From assembly GCA_019358915.1 (NCBI GenBank), contig JAHHIM010000011.1, positions 1 through 64,000 on the forward strand: a stretch of DNA of 64,000 nt, read 5' to 3'. The notes beneath the pieces are model-generated. The model had not been told where the DNA came from. It saw nothing but the letters and a program-made list of their open reading frames with translations, and did not search any database. Both the position numbers and the translations under genes were made by a program. Source of the stretch: Trichormus sp. ATA11-4-KO1. Its GTDB lineage: Bacteria; Cyanobacteriota; Cyanobacteriia; Cyanobacteriales; Nostocaceae. Below are positions 31,994 to 41,475 of the stretch, one piece after another (positions within the stretch are counted from its first letter, which is position 1; every line of letters starts with the position of its first letter).

Positions 31994-32299
31994 AGTATTT
32001 GCAATCTAGACAATCAGATATATCTTAGTGTTGTGTCCATGTGGGAATCTATTGTCAAATATCAATTGGGTAAACTACCACTACCAGAGTCACCCGAACT
32101 CTATTTTCCCAAACAACGCGATCGCCATCAAATTGTTAATCTTGACCTAGATCAAGCCAGTGTTGCAATACTTGCCAATCTACCATTATTGCATCGAGAC
32201 TCGTTTGATAGAATACTTATCTGTCAAGCTTTACAACATATTTTAACTATCGCAACAGTTGATTCAGCAATCCGTACTTACTCAGTCAGCATTATTTAA
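31994..32299 (+). pseudogene. 5'-truncated VapC/PIN toxin remnant
   Basis: IYLSVVSMWE...HRDSFDRILICQA...TVD present; the N-terminal LDT motif and an antitoxin gene are absent. Confidence 0.7.
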
Positions 32300-32350
32300 C
32301 TTCTAGTCGCCATAGCAAAAACGATCGCACAACCTCAAATCTCGTCAAGC

Positions 32351-32384
32351 GCGATGGCGCTTTGCACCCGCCGGAGGCGATCGC
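32351..32384 (-). repeat. HIP1-associated small dispersed repeat
   Basis: Reverse complement GCGATCGC-CTCCGGCG...-ATCGC; related copy at 38908-38942. Confidence 0.65.
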
Positions 32385-32585
32385 ATTATTTCTATATACT
32401 TGTTTTAGTAAAATAGAGTACATGTATCTACAAGCTACTTCAGCTTTCTCAACACTTCTTTTTAACTAGGCGACGGCGAGATATAACAAATATTCTAGCT
32501 ACTAGACCAATATCTACAAGCTAGTTAGCTCAGATACATTTTGTGATCAAAAATCCCATATTTCAGCCAAACTTTGATAGTGCGA

Positions 32586-32960
32586 TTAAAATAGCCGAAA
32601 AATGAACGGATAACGGAACGGTTGATCAGAATTAGTCAGACAATGCCACAGCGCCCAAATTGTTAGTCCCCAGTGTAGTGCAAAGCCCAAAGCCACAAGG
32701 GGGAAGAATAAAATTCCACCAATGCCAAATGTGAGCCAAGACAGAATCCCGATGGGAACTCCGATGATAGTTGCCCAAAACCAAACATTGAAGTGAAAAT
32801 TAATCGATTCTTTGGCGTTGCTTTTCACAACTGGGTCGTCGGAAATTAAGTTAATTACAATCGGCACCCCAATTGAGAACAATGTTGTACTAAAGAAAAT
32901 TGCCCCGTGACACAGAGATGATAGCAATTTACGCTGATTAGAATCGTATCCAACTTGCAT
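32586..32960 (-). CDS. DUF4870-family membrane protein
   Basis: NAKESINF and FRYPFIFR motifs, three hydrophobic segments. Confidence 0.8.
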   Translation of the reverse strand: MQVGYDSNQRKLLSSLCHGAIFFSTTLFSIGVPIVINLISDDPVVKSNAKESINFHFNVWFWATIIGVPIGILSWLTFGIGGILFFPLVALGFALHWGLTIWALWHCLTNSDQPFRYPFIFRLF

Positions 32961-33224
32961 CCTGGTGGCTCCTAAACTTGGTTGATAATTCCGATTTTAA
33001 CGAACATTTAATAGGTTTAGTATTGCAGTTTACCGAACAATTCGCAATAGAGCCTACGGCACGCTACGCGAACGCAATTGCGGACAAAGGCGATGTCTTC
33101 AAAAAGATACTGAGTTAAAAACGTCCGAGTTCGTCACGCGATCGCTGCTATCCATTAAATCGAGTAGCAGGTATAACATAGAGTAAGCAACTCACATTCA
33201 ATTACTTCAAAAAGGTTGTAAAAC

Positions 33225-33485
33225 ATGGGTCGCATCAATCCGTACACCCTGCAAATGCAGATTACTCGCATGTTTGAGCAAGGACAATCATTCTTTGCTA
33301 TCACCAAAGTGCAGGACTGGTTAAAAGAACGCAAACATAATCCCCAAGATTACGACATTATTTTCCATCAAAAACCCGCGCCTCCTGGTTCCAAAGAAGT
33401 CATGGTAGTGGAAATTGAATTACGCCGTAAAGATGGAGAACCTGTAGACCCCTGGCTACAAGAACAAGTCAACCTGCATGGCTAA
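33225..33485 (+). CDS. Small hypothetical protein (cyanobacterial-type)
   Basis: 86-aa ORF with plausible RBS and globular composition. Confidence 0.7.
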   Translation: MGRINPYTLQMQITRMFEQGQSFFAITKVQDWLKERKHNPQDYDIIFHQKPAPPGSKEVMVVEIELRRKDGEPVDPWLQEQVNLHG

Positions 33486-33503
33486 TTGTTCTTTACTTCT
33501 CCC

Positions 33504-33928
33504 TCATCTCCCCATATTCTCCACCCAGAGAAGATTATTCACGTAAGTAGTATTTTGCAGCGCATTGTAAAATTTTTCGTTTGCTGTCACATCTGGCATT
33601 GTTGTGTAATCGCCAGCGCTAAGTATAAACTGTCATACACTGCGCGATTATTCTGAAGGGCAATATCTAAAGCCAGTGGCATCAATGGCTGAGATAAGTA
33701 CATCTCCAAAGGAATTGTAGTTAAATCTGCCAAAGTCTGCCTTGCATTATCAGCAGTATCTTCGCCGCCACGTACTCGTTTCCACAAGACATTTGCTACT
33801 TCTGCAAAGAAAAAATCTGGAACTAAAAAAGTATGGTTACTTTTCAGTAAACTTCTAGCTGCATCAGAGTGAACTTCAGTAACAACCCATTTTATAGCAA
33901 CGCTGGCATCTAAAACATATCGGCTCAC
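33504..33928 (-). pseudogene. VapC/PIN toxin with a single-base frameshift near the C-terminus
   Basis: VLDASVAIKW and AVYDSLYLALA motifs; ATGTGA at ~33590 where ATG-GTG would continue VTANEKFYNAL...LLWVENMGR*. Confidence 0.8.
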
Positions 33929-34179
33929 CGTTCTCTATCCTCGCGGATGAGTTCAGTACTGTCGCTGAAAGTTTTTCCTGCATATCTTACCTGAGCGCGT
34001 GCCACTGCTTCTCTAGCTTTTTCCATATCGCCGCCAATATGGTAGTGTGTCGCTGTTTCACTGGCTTGTTGCAGGATGTGTTTTAATTCTTCTTGCAAAG
34101 ACCTACCGTGTTGTTTAGCTAGATTTTCGAGCTTTTCTAGAATCAAGGGGTCTAAATTTTCAATGAGGATTTGAGCCAT
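33925..34179 (-). CDS. FitA-like ribbon-helix-helix antitoxin
   Basis: MAQILIENLD...AKQHGRSLQEELKHIL...DSTELIREDR; 4-bp overlap with the toxin gene. Confidence 0.85.
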   Translation of the reverse strand: MAQILIENLDPLILEKLENLAKQHGRSLQEELKHILQQASETATHYHIGGDMEKAREAVARAQVRYAGKTFSDSTELIREDRER

Positions 34180-34199
34180 AGTTGTGGGTTTGTTAGTCC

Positions 34200-34340
34200 T
34201 TCATCACTCAATAATTGTAATAAATCTAAACCGCCTCCAGACAAAAATATCACAGGTGAAGCATTAACTACTGGTGGTTCAGCCACCTTCTAATTCTCGT
34301 TGTAAGTCATCAAAATCAGGAGTATAAGCGATCGCATCTG
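34200..34340 (-). pseudogene. Fragments of a UPF0175/DUF3368-like antitoxin-PIN pair
   Basis: ...DFDDLQRELEGG* overlapping GTG-AEPPVVNASPVIFLS..LDLLQLL, which then breaks off. Confidence 0.5.
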
Positions 34341-34636
34341 CCGAAAAAATACTGAATGTGTGGCTGGGTTGGTTGCAGAGGTCTCGTTGCTGCGCTCCGA
34401 ATTCAAAATTTAAAAACCCCTGAAATACATTGAATGCTTGGAAGTGAGGGTTATGTCTTAGTTGAACAATCAAGAGAGACGAGAGGCGATCAACAAAAAA
34501 CCACAGAGGCACAGAGAACACGGAGAAAAATAGCTAAATCCTAGTTTTGTTATCCCAGATGTGCAAAACAGGATTCAGCCTCATGAAAGCGGAAGGTTTA
34601 TCAACATTGTGTGAGTTGTTTTAACTCTACCATAAG

Positions 34637-34834
34637 CTTATTGAGATTAAATAGCATTTCTTATAATTATTTTTTTTCTTTTTTAAATATAAAAAGCTGG
34701 AAACATAATCGTGGCGAGTATTTGGCAGCTTGGCATATATTGTTCTTTATAAAATTTGCATAAATTAAGTGATAAATACTTTCAACAAGTCTGATACTAT
34801 ATTCCCAATACTTATTGAGATAGATACTCATTAA
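34637..34834 (+). promoter_or_regulatory. Candidate Fur boxes upstream of the isiA cluster
   Basis: CTTATTGAGAT repeated at 34637 and 34811; imperfect palindrome TTATTGAG-N7-CTCATTAA at 34812-34834. Confidence 0.55.
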
Positions 34835-34883
34835 CTTGTTTAGATATCTCAGTCAATGCCAAAATTTCTCAGGAACTAACGTC

Positions 34884-35912
34884 ATGACAAGCATGGCTGT
34901 GCAAACTGCGGAGTCGATTCCCTGGTGGTCAGGGAATGCCCGGTTAACAGAACTTTCAGGGCGACTTTTAGGCGCTCACGTGGCTCATGCGGGGTTAATT
35001 GTGTTGTGGGCAGGTGCGACAACTTTGTTTGAACTCGCCCACTTCGACGCTTCGCAACCGATGTATGAGCAGGGTTTGATTTTATTGCCCCACTTAGCAA
35101 CCCTGGGTTGGGGTGTGGGAAATGGGGGACAGGTGATAGATACTTATCCCTATTTTGCTATTGGGGTGATACACCTAATCAGCTCTGCCTTTCTGGGTCT
35201 GGGTGGCATCTTTCATGCTCTACGCGGGCCTGCCATCCTAGAACAGAGATTTTCTTTCTTTGGCTATCGCTGGGAAGATGCAAATAAAATGACCACAATT
35301 CTGGGTATTCACCTAGTGTTACTGGGTTTAGGCGCTAGCTTACTAGTTGCTAAGGCGATGTTTTTTGGTGGTTTATACGACTCCACTGTGGGTGAGGTAC
35401 GAGTTATTTCTAGCCCTACCTGGAATTCCGCCGTCATTTTTGGCTACCTCTTTGGTGGTGGTAAACACTGGATTGCTGGAGTCGATAATCTAGAAGACTT
35501 GGTTGGTGGTCACATTTGGGTAAGTATTCTCTGTATTGCAGGCGGTATCTGGCACATCACCACGCAACCTTTTGCTTGGGCTAAACTGCTGTTTGTCTGG
35601 TCAGGAGAGGCATATCTTTCCTACAGCTTGGGTGCTTTAGCCCTCATGGGTGCGATCGCAGCCTATTTTGTCTCGGTCAATACCTTGGCTTACCCTGTAG
35701 AATTTTACGGGCCACCTCTGAGCATTGGGTTTGACCGCTTCCCTTACTTCCAAAGTGGAGACTTACTATCTGCTCGTGTTTGGCTAGCAAATGCTCATTT
35801 TTGGTTAGGCTTTTTCTTTTTGCAAGGGCATCTCTGGCACGCCCTCCGCGCGGCTGGATTTGACTTTCGTCAGGGTAAGGTTGTGCATTCCACGCGTGGG
35901 GAGGTAATGTAA
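34884..35912 (+). CDS. IsiA/Pcb-family chlorophyll-binding protein
   Basis: [41 protein letters not shown]; lacks the large CP43 loop. Confidence 0.92.
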   Translation: MTSMAVQTAESIPWWSGNARLTELSGRLLGAHVAHAGLIVLWAGATTLFELAHFDASQPMYEQGLILLPHLATLGWGVGNGGQVIDTYPYFAIGVIHLISSAFLGLGGIFHALRGPAILEQRFSFFGYRWEDANKMTTILGIHLVLLGLGASLLVAKAMFFGGLYDSTVGEVRVISSPTWNSAVIFGYLFGGGKHWIAGVDNLEDLVGGHIWVSILCIAGGIWHITTQPFAWAKLLFVWSGEAYLSYSLGALALMGAIAAYFVSVNTLAYPVEFYGPPLSIGFDRFPYFQSGDLLSARVWLANAHFWLGFFFLQGHLWHALRAAGFDFRQGKVVHSTRGEVM

Positions 35913-35914
35913 CA

Positions 35915-37363
35915 ATGGAAACTGCAACCATAACTCAGCCGGAATCTGGTTGGTGGGCGGGTAATGCCCGGTTTATTAATCTTTCGGGTAAACTTTTGGG
36001 CGCTCATGTTGCCCATGCTGGGTTGATTGTTCTCTGGGCTGGGGCAATGACTTTGTTTGAAATCACCAAATACGACGTTTCCCGACCAATGTATGAGCAG
36101 GGATTAATCCTTTTGCCTCATTTGGCTACGTTGGGGTTTGGTATTGGCGATGGGGGACAAATTATTGATACCTATCCCTATTTTGTTATTGGTGTTTTGC
36201 ATTTAATCAGTTCGGCCGTATTGGGTGCTGGTGGCATTTATCATGCTCTTTTGGGGCCGGAAGTATTGCCTGAAAATAGAACCTTTCCTGGGTTCTTTGG
36301 CTACGACTGGCAAGATGAAGACAAAATGACCACTATTGTGGGAATTCATTTGCTGTTGTTGGGTTTTGGCGCTTGGTTATTGGTGGCGAAAGCGCTGTTT
36401 TGGGGTGGTATTTATGACCCAGCAATAGCATCTGTACGAGTAATCTCTGAACCAACGCTCAACCCTGCTCGCATCTTTGGCTATCTCTTTGGTTCCTTTG
36501 GTAGTCAGGGAATGGCGGCTGTGAATAATCTAGAAGATGTCATTGGTGGACATATCTGGGTAGGCATACTCTGCATTGCTGGAGGACTTTGGCACATCTT
36601 CACTCAGCCTTTTGGTTGGGCGAAAAAAGTTCTATTTTGGTCTGGTGAGGCTTACTTAAGCTATAGCTTGGGTGCTTTGGCATACATGGGTATTTTGGCT
36701 GCCTACTTTGTCACAGTCAATGACACAGTTTATCCCACTGAGTTTTATGGCCCATTAGGACTGAGTACCACAGCATCAGGGGTTGTCACAGTCCGCACTT
36801 GGTTAGCAACGAGTCACTTTGCCTTAGCGATTGTCTTTTTAGCTGGTCACATCTGGCACGCGTTAAGAGTGCGGGTGATTGCGGCTGGACTGAATTTTGA
36901 GCAGGGAGTTGTTAACTATGCGGGTATGCCAGAAATGGGAAATTTCGATACCCCTATTAATGCTTCTGATATCACGCTGAATTTTTTGAAGTATCTGCCT
37001 ATTTACCGTCCTGGTTTATCACCTTTTTCACGAGGTCTGGAAATTGGCATGGCACACGGTTACTTTTTGTTAGGCCCCTTTGTCAAACTTGGCCCACTGC
37101 GGAATACAGAGTTAGCTAACCAGGTAGGACTAATAGCCACAATTGGTTTGCTATTAATTTTGTCTGTTTGTCTATGGCTATATGGCAACGCCACCTTTCA
37201 AGAAAGTAAACCCGTCGGCGAATTACCAGACAACCTCAAAACCCGTAAATCTTGGAGCGAGTTTAATGCTGGTTGGACAGTAGGTAGCTGTGGCGGTGCT
37301 TTATTTGCCTTTTTAGTGTTGTGGTCATTAGCTACTGGGTACTGGGGAATAGGGATTGGGTAA
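35915..37363 (+). CDS. IsiA-family protein fused to a C-terminal PsaL-like domain
   Basis: IsiA core followed by [10 protein letters not shown]...[37 protein letters not shown] (PsaL signature). Confidence 0.92.
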   Translation: METATITQPESGWWAGNARFINLSGKLLGAHVAHAGLIVLWAGAMTLFEITKYDVSRPMYEQGLILLPHLATLGFGIGDGGQIIDTYPYFVIGVLHLISSAVLGAGGIYHALLGPEVLPENRTFPGFFGYDWQDEDKMTTIVGIHLLLLGFGAWLLVAKALFWGGIYDPAIASVRVISEPTLNPARIFGYLFGSFGSQGMAAVNNLEDVIGGHIWVGILCIAGGLWHIFTQPFGWAKKVLFWSGEAYLSYSLGALAYMGILAAYFVTVNDTVYPTEFYGPLGLSTTASGVVTVRTWLATSHFALAIVFLAGHIWHALRVRVIAAGLNFEQGVVNYAGMPEMGNFDTPINASDITLNFLKYLPIYRPGLSPFSRGLEIGMAHGYFLLGPFVKLGPLRNTELANQVGLIATIGLLLILSVCLWLYGNATFQESKPVGELPDNLKTRKSWSEFNAGWTVGSCGGALFAFLVLWSLATGYWGIGIG

Positions 37364-37518
37364 TAGGGACTAGAGATGATTACAGGTAATGCTGAAATAG
37401 GATATTTCCTGAGTTCAAAACTCAAATTCTTATTCCACCGTGTTCTCTGCGCCTCTGTGGTATGCGCTGCGCGCACGCTACGCGAACGTTTACTTTAGAT
37501 AATTGATCAGGTGTAAAA

Positions 37519-38031
37519 ATGTCGAAAAAAATTGGTTTGTTTTACGGTACGCAAACTGGCAAAACTGAATCTGCGGCAGAAATTATTCGGGATGCTTTTG
37601 GTGGTGATGTTGTAACTTTACACGATGTTTCTCAGGCTGATGTTGCTGATTTTGATGAGTATGAATGTCTGATTATTGGTTGCCCTACTTGGAATATCGG
37701 TGAACTTCAAAGTGATTGGGAAGGTCTTTTTCAAGAATTAGATGAAGTTGATTTTAGTGGGAAAACTGTTGCCTATTTTGGTACTGGTGACCAGATTGGC
37801 TATGCTGATAATTTCCAGGATGCTATTGGGATTTTGGAAGAAAAGATTGCCCAGCAGGGAGGTAAAACTGTAGGCTATTGGTCAACAGATGGATATGACT
37901 TTAGCGATTCTAAAGCTTTGAGGAATGGTAAGTTTTGCGGGCTAGCACTTGATGAAGATAATCAATCTGATCTAACAGACGAGCGAGTTAAGACCTGGGT
38001 AGCTCAGTTGAAGACAGAATTTGGTTTGTAG
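37519..38031 (+). CDS. isiB: Flavodoxin
   Basis: GLFYGTQTGKT, GCPTWNIGELQSDW, GLALDEDNQ. Confidence 0.97.
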   Translation: MSKKIGLFYGTQTGKTESAAEIIRDAFGGDVVTLHDVSQADVADFDEYECLIIGCPTWNIGELQSDWEGLFQELDEVDFSGKTVAYFGTGDQIGYADNFQDAIGILEEKIAQQGGKTVGYWSTDGYDFSDSKALRNGKFCGLALDEDNQSDLTDERVKTWVAQLKTEFGL

Positions 38032-38203
38032 ACAATAGAGACATGGCAATGTCCATTGATGTTAACTGAGCCAAAACGCTTTAGCTGTAAATCACCAGCA
38101 TTTTTCACAAGACTGGAAGATTAATATCTAAACTGGCTTTTAAGTGCTTACAGATGGACAATGCCATGCCTTTACACAAAATTGCTAGCTTTTACGGTTA
38201 TTT

Positions 38204-38938
38204 ATGTCTGATTCATTCGATGTTCTTTGGTTAAATACCAGTCCTGTGTTGAAGCGTTTTGACCAACCACTACTTCAATATCTGTCTGGGTACATGCAGA
38301 TCGCTCAGTGGGAATATCAACAAACAAAAGATGAAGCTAGTTCCATAGATCAAGCCGTGAGACTGCTGCATGAGTTTTTAGAATCTTACCCTGACTCGGT
38401 ACATTTAGCTGGTCATGGAATGAGTGGCGCGATCGCTTTAACTTTTGCTCGTCGCTATCCAAAAAAGGTGCGATCGCTTACCCTCTTAGCTGTAGCCTCT
38501 CAACCAGCTAACACTTGGCACGCTCATTATTATTTTCAAAGGCAACTTTTCACCATTAGTCGTGAGCAAGTTCTGGCAAATAGTGTTCGTAGTCTCTTTG
38601 GCAAACAACCGCCTCACACGACTAAAAAGTTAATGAGTGCCTTGGATAAAGATTTGGAGCAATCGCCTTCACCACATTCTCTATTCAAGTTAGTTTATTT
38701 ACCTAAGAGTGGCGTTTCTATGCCGATGATGGTGTGTGGTAGCAAAACTGATCCGATAGTCAACCCGCCAGCATTACAAGACTGGCACCATTGGTTAAAG
38801 CCAGAAGATAGAATGTGGGAATTTGCCCAAGGGTATCATTTCTTTCACTACTTTCATCCCCAAGAAGTAGGTGAGCAAATTTTGAATTTCTGGGAATGTC
38901 ACAGCAGGCGATCGCCTCTGGCGCTACGCTTTGCGTAA
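38204..38938 (+). CDS. isiC: Alpha/beta-hydrolase-fold protein (IsiC-like)
   Basis: Follows isiB; HLAGHGMSG nucleophile elbow lacking the canonical Ser position. Confidence 0.7.
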   Translation: MSDSFDVLWLNTSPVLKRFDQPLLQYLSGYMQIAQWEYQQTKDEASSIDQAVRLLHEFLESYPDSVHLAGHGMSGAIALTFARRYPKKVRSLTLLAVASQPANTWHAHYYFQRQLFTISREQVLANSVRSLFGKQPPHTTKKLMSALDKDLEQSPSPHSLFKLVYLPKSGVSMPMMVCGSKTDPIVNPPALQDWHHWLKPEDRMWEFAQGYHFFHYFHPQEVGEQILNFWECHSRRSPLALRFA

Positions 38939-39004
38939 TCGCTTGCTGTATCTGCACAGCCTTCTAGTACATCTATATATTAAGAAATGGGAGAGCAGGA
39001 GAAA

Positions 39005-40351
39005 TTAACTTGAGCGCTTTGGTGATATCAGGTGACAAAAGCGCCAAATGAATAGTCCCGCCGCAGTTGCTACACCAATGGATTGTCCTACCCACAAGCC
39101 AGTACCACCTAAGCCAAAGTGAAATCCCAAAAGATAACCACTTGTTAGTCCAATACACCAGAATGCCGGAAAGCTCAATAACATGGAAACCTGCGTATCC
39201 TGGAGTCCATAAAGTGCGCCTATTGTGACTTTTTGCACTCCATCCACAGGATGTGCCAAAGCCGCAACACTGAGCATTGATGTTGCTAGTGCTACTACAT
39301 TGCTGTTCTCTGGGTTGCGAATATCCACGTATAGCCCAATAATTTGTTGAGAAAATGCCAGCAGCATGACCCCCATTAGCGTCATAAATCCTGCCGCAAT
39401 TCCGATACTGATATACCCGGCCTGTTTTGCCCCTTCAGTGTTTTGCTGTCCTATCCACTGCCCCACTCTGGCAGTTGTGGCATAGGACATCCCTAGAGGC
39501 ACCATGAAGATCACAAACATTGTCTGGAATACAATTTGGTGTGCTGCTAGTACATCTGTACCTAAAATACCCATGAGGTAGGTAACAATTGTAAATAGCC
39601 CAATTTCTAGGGCGGCGGACACCCCAATGGGTACACCAAGCACCAACAACTCCCAGATAATTAGTAGCTGCAGCTGATTTAAACCTCGAAAAAGTCGATA
39701 GGTTTTTAGTTGCTTGTCTTGGAGTATGTATACGACTAACGCGATAAACATCCCCCAAAGGGCAATAACGCTGGCCAATGCTAAACCCACTAACCCCATT
39801 TTGGGAAATCCGAATTTACCAAATCCTAAGACGTAATTGCCTACTATGTTAAACAGCGTTCCGGCAATGACAATCACCATCACCGGACGAGCTTGCGACA
39901 GAGAAGATACAACGTTTCTCAGCATAGCGAACGCTAAAGCTGGAAATAACCCCCAAAGCACAACATCCAGATAGCTCTTGGCCAAAGTCACAGTCATCGG
40001 CTTTTGTCCCAGGAGTTGCATTAAAGAACCCATGTGCCCAATCAAAAACATTACAGGAATCGCCAATACTAGTGATAACCATAATCCCTGATGTGCAATC
40101 TGCTCTATGCGTGTTTTGCAACCTGCTCCATAAGCTTCTGCAACCAATGGAGTAACTCCCATGACAACTCCAGCTACGATATTCAAAAGTGTGAAAAAGG
40201 TGATTGACGCTAACCCCCCGCCTGCTAGGAATTCTGCTCCCAATCTACCCATCATGACTGTGTCTACAAAACCTGTAATAGATTGGGCAACTTGAGCGCT
40301 GGCTAGGGGAATGGCGATGCGTAAAATTTCCCTAATTTCTGTGCGGATCAT
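39005..40351 (-). CDS. MATE-family efflux transporter (NorM-like)
   Basis: FVDTVMMGRLG, LAAHQI, ~12 TM. Confidence 0.92.
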   Translation of the reverse strand: MIRTEIREILRIAIPLASAQVAQSITGFVDTVMMGRLGAEFLAGGGLASITFFTLLNIVAGVVMGVTPLVAEAYGAGCKTRIEQIAHQGLWLSLVLAIPVMFLIGHMGSLMQLLGQKPMTVTLAKSYLDVVLWGLFPALAFAMLRNVVSSLSQARPVMVIVIAGTLFNIVGNYVLGFGKFGFPKMGLVGLALASVIALWGMFIALVVYILQDKQLKTYRLFRGLNQLQLLIIWELLVLGVPIGVSAALEIGLFTIVTYLMGILGTDVLAAHQIVFQTMFVIFMVPLGMSYATTARVGQWIGQQNTEGAKQAGYISIGIAAGFMTLMGVMLLAFSQQIIGLYVDIRNPENSNVVALATSMLSVAALAHPVDGVQKVTIGALYGLQDTQVSMLLSFPAFWCIGLTSGYLLGFHFGLGGTGLWVGQSIGVATAAGLFIWRFCHLISPKRSS

Positions 40352-40400
40352 GAATGAGCTACCAAACTTTTAAAACCAAATGCACCGAAGTTGATATGTT

Positions 40401-41009
40401 CTACCTGTTGCTAATTAAGGCAATGAATGCTTGGAATGCTGCTTCTGCAAACGCAGAATTGGTAGATGTTTTACTACGGAGCAATGCACCATCCCCAACT
40501 GCAACTGCTTGTCTGGCAAGGTCAGCAGCATCCACCTTCGTTGTAATTTCACCTTTAGCCTGTCCCGCTTGGAACGCCTGAGCAAATGCTTGAATCAGAT
40601 GTTGGGTTGAGTTTTCGATTAATTGGGCGATCGCTGGTTCAAATTGACCAATTTCTGCTGATGTATTGACAAACAGACATCCCGGTTTTACCTGACACCT
40701 AGCATCTTCAACCCACATAGAAAATACGGCACGAATATTATCTAGAGGTGATCCAGACGCTTCTAATTGATTAATAACTGCCTGTACTCGTGTAGCTGCA
40801 TAGTGATTCAGTGCCTGATTAAACAGGGCTTTCTTGTCACCAAATGCATAAATCAAGCTCTGACGATGTAATCCTGTAGCATTTTCTAGTTCTGTGTAGG
40901 TTGTTCTGGAAAAACCTAGACTCCAAAAGACATTCATGGCTTTTGTTAAGACTACATTATGGTCAAACTCTCTTGGCCTTCCAGGTAAATCTTTGGTTTT
41001 ACTTCGCAT
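40401..41009 (-). CDS. TetR/AcrR-family transcriptional regulator
   Basis: GRPREFD...FWSLGF...LIYAFGDKKALF HTH; GCLFVN. Confidence 0.92.
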   Translation of the reverse strand: MRSKTKDLPGRPREFDHNVVLTKAMNVFWSLGFSRTTYTELENATGLHRQSLIYAFGDKKALFNQALNHYAATRVQAVINQLEASGSPLDNIRAVFSMWVEDARCQVKPGCLFVNTSAEIGQFEPAIAQLIENSTQHLIQAFAQAFQAGQAKGEITTKVDAADLARQAVAVGDGALLRSKTSTNSAFAEAAFQAFIALISNR

Positions 41010-41045
41010 GGTTATTTTATGAATTTAAATTCATAAAATAACCAT
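41008..41045. promoter_or_regulatory. Perfect 38-bp palindrome at the TetR start (probable operator)
   Basis: ATGGTTATTTTATGAATTTAAATTCATAAAATAACCAT is its own reverse complement. Confidence 0.75.
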
Positions 41046-41475
41046 CAACTACTTTTACTCAAAAGTCAAGTAAATAAAATTTGCGGCGTTGCATACTAAT
41101 TTGCTTACTCATGGGAAAATATTAAATTTTGTAAAGAAACTCCTTTTTAAGAAAAACTTGCAATAAAGTAATTTTAGATGCTCAACAATTGGTTATTAGC
41201 TTCAACAAGTTTGGCAGCAATATCGTCAGATTTTCGTGGAGAGCAAAACTTGCATCAAACTAATTATTTGCGGTTAATTACACCTAAAACTCCTGCTGAC
41301 GATGTTTGTATGCGTGTATTACTGGCTTAATCTCAAAATCAGTTTTTAAGCTTCTTTACCGAGGATGGAAAGGTTAAATCGAATCTATTTAACTCACGTC
41401 AACACACCATTTAACTGCTGGAGCTATACACTAATTAATTGAGTATTTTTAGCAACAAATACCAACTACTAGGCA

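Noticed and set aside
34279..34521. 80-aa ORF as an intact gene
   Set aside because: Starts inside a dispersed repeat; only the last ~20 codons look protein-like (treated as a remnant)
34836..34883. TTG-initiated extension of the first isiA-like gene
   Set aside because: Lies directly against the candidate Fur box; ATG 34884 has an AGGA RBS and gives a family-typical length
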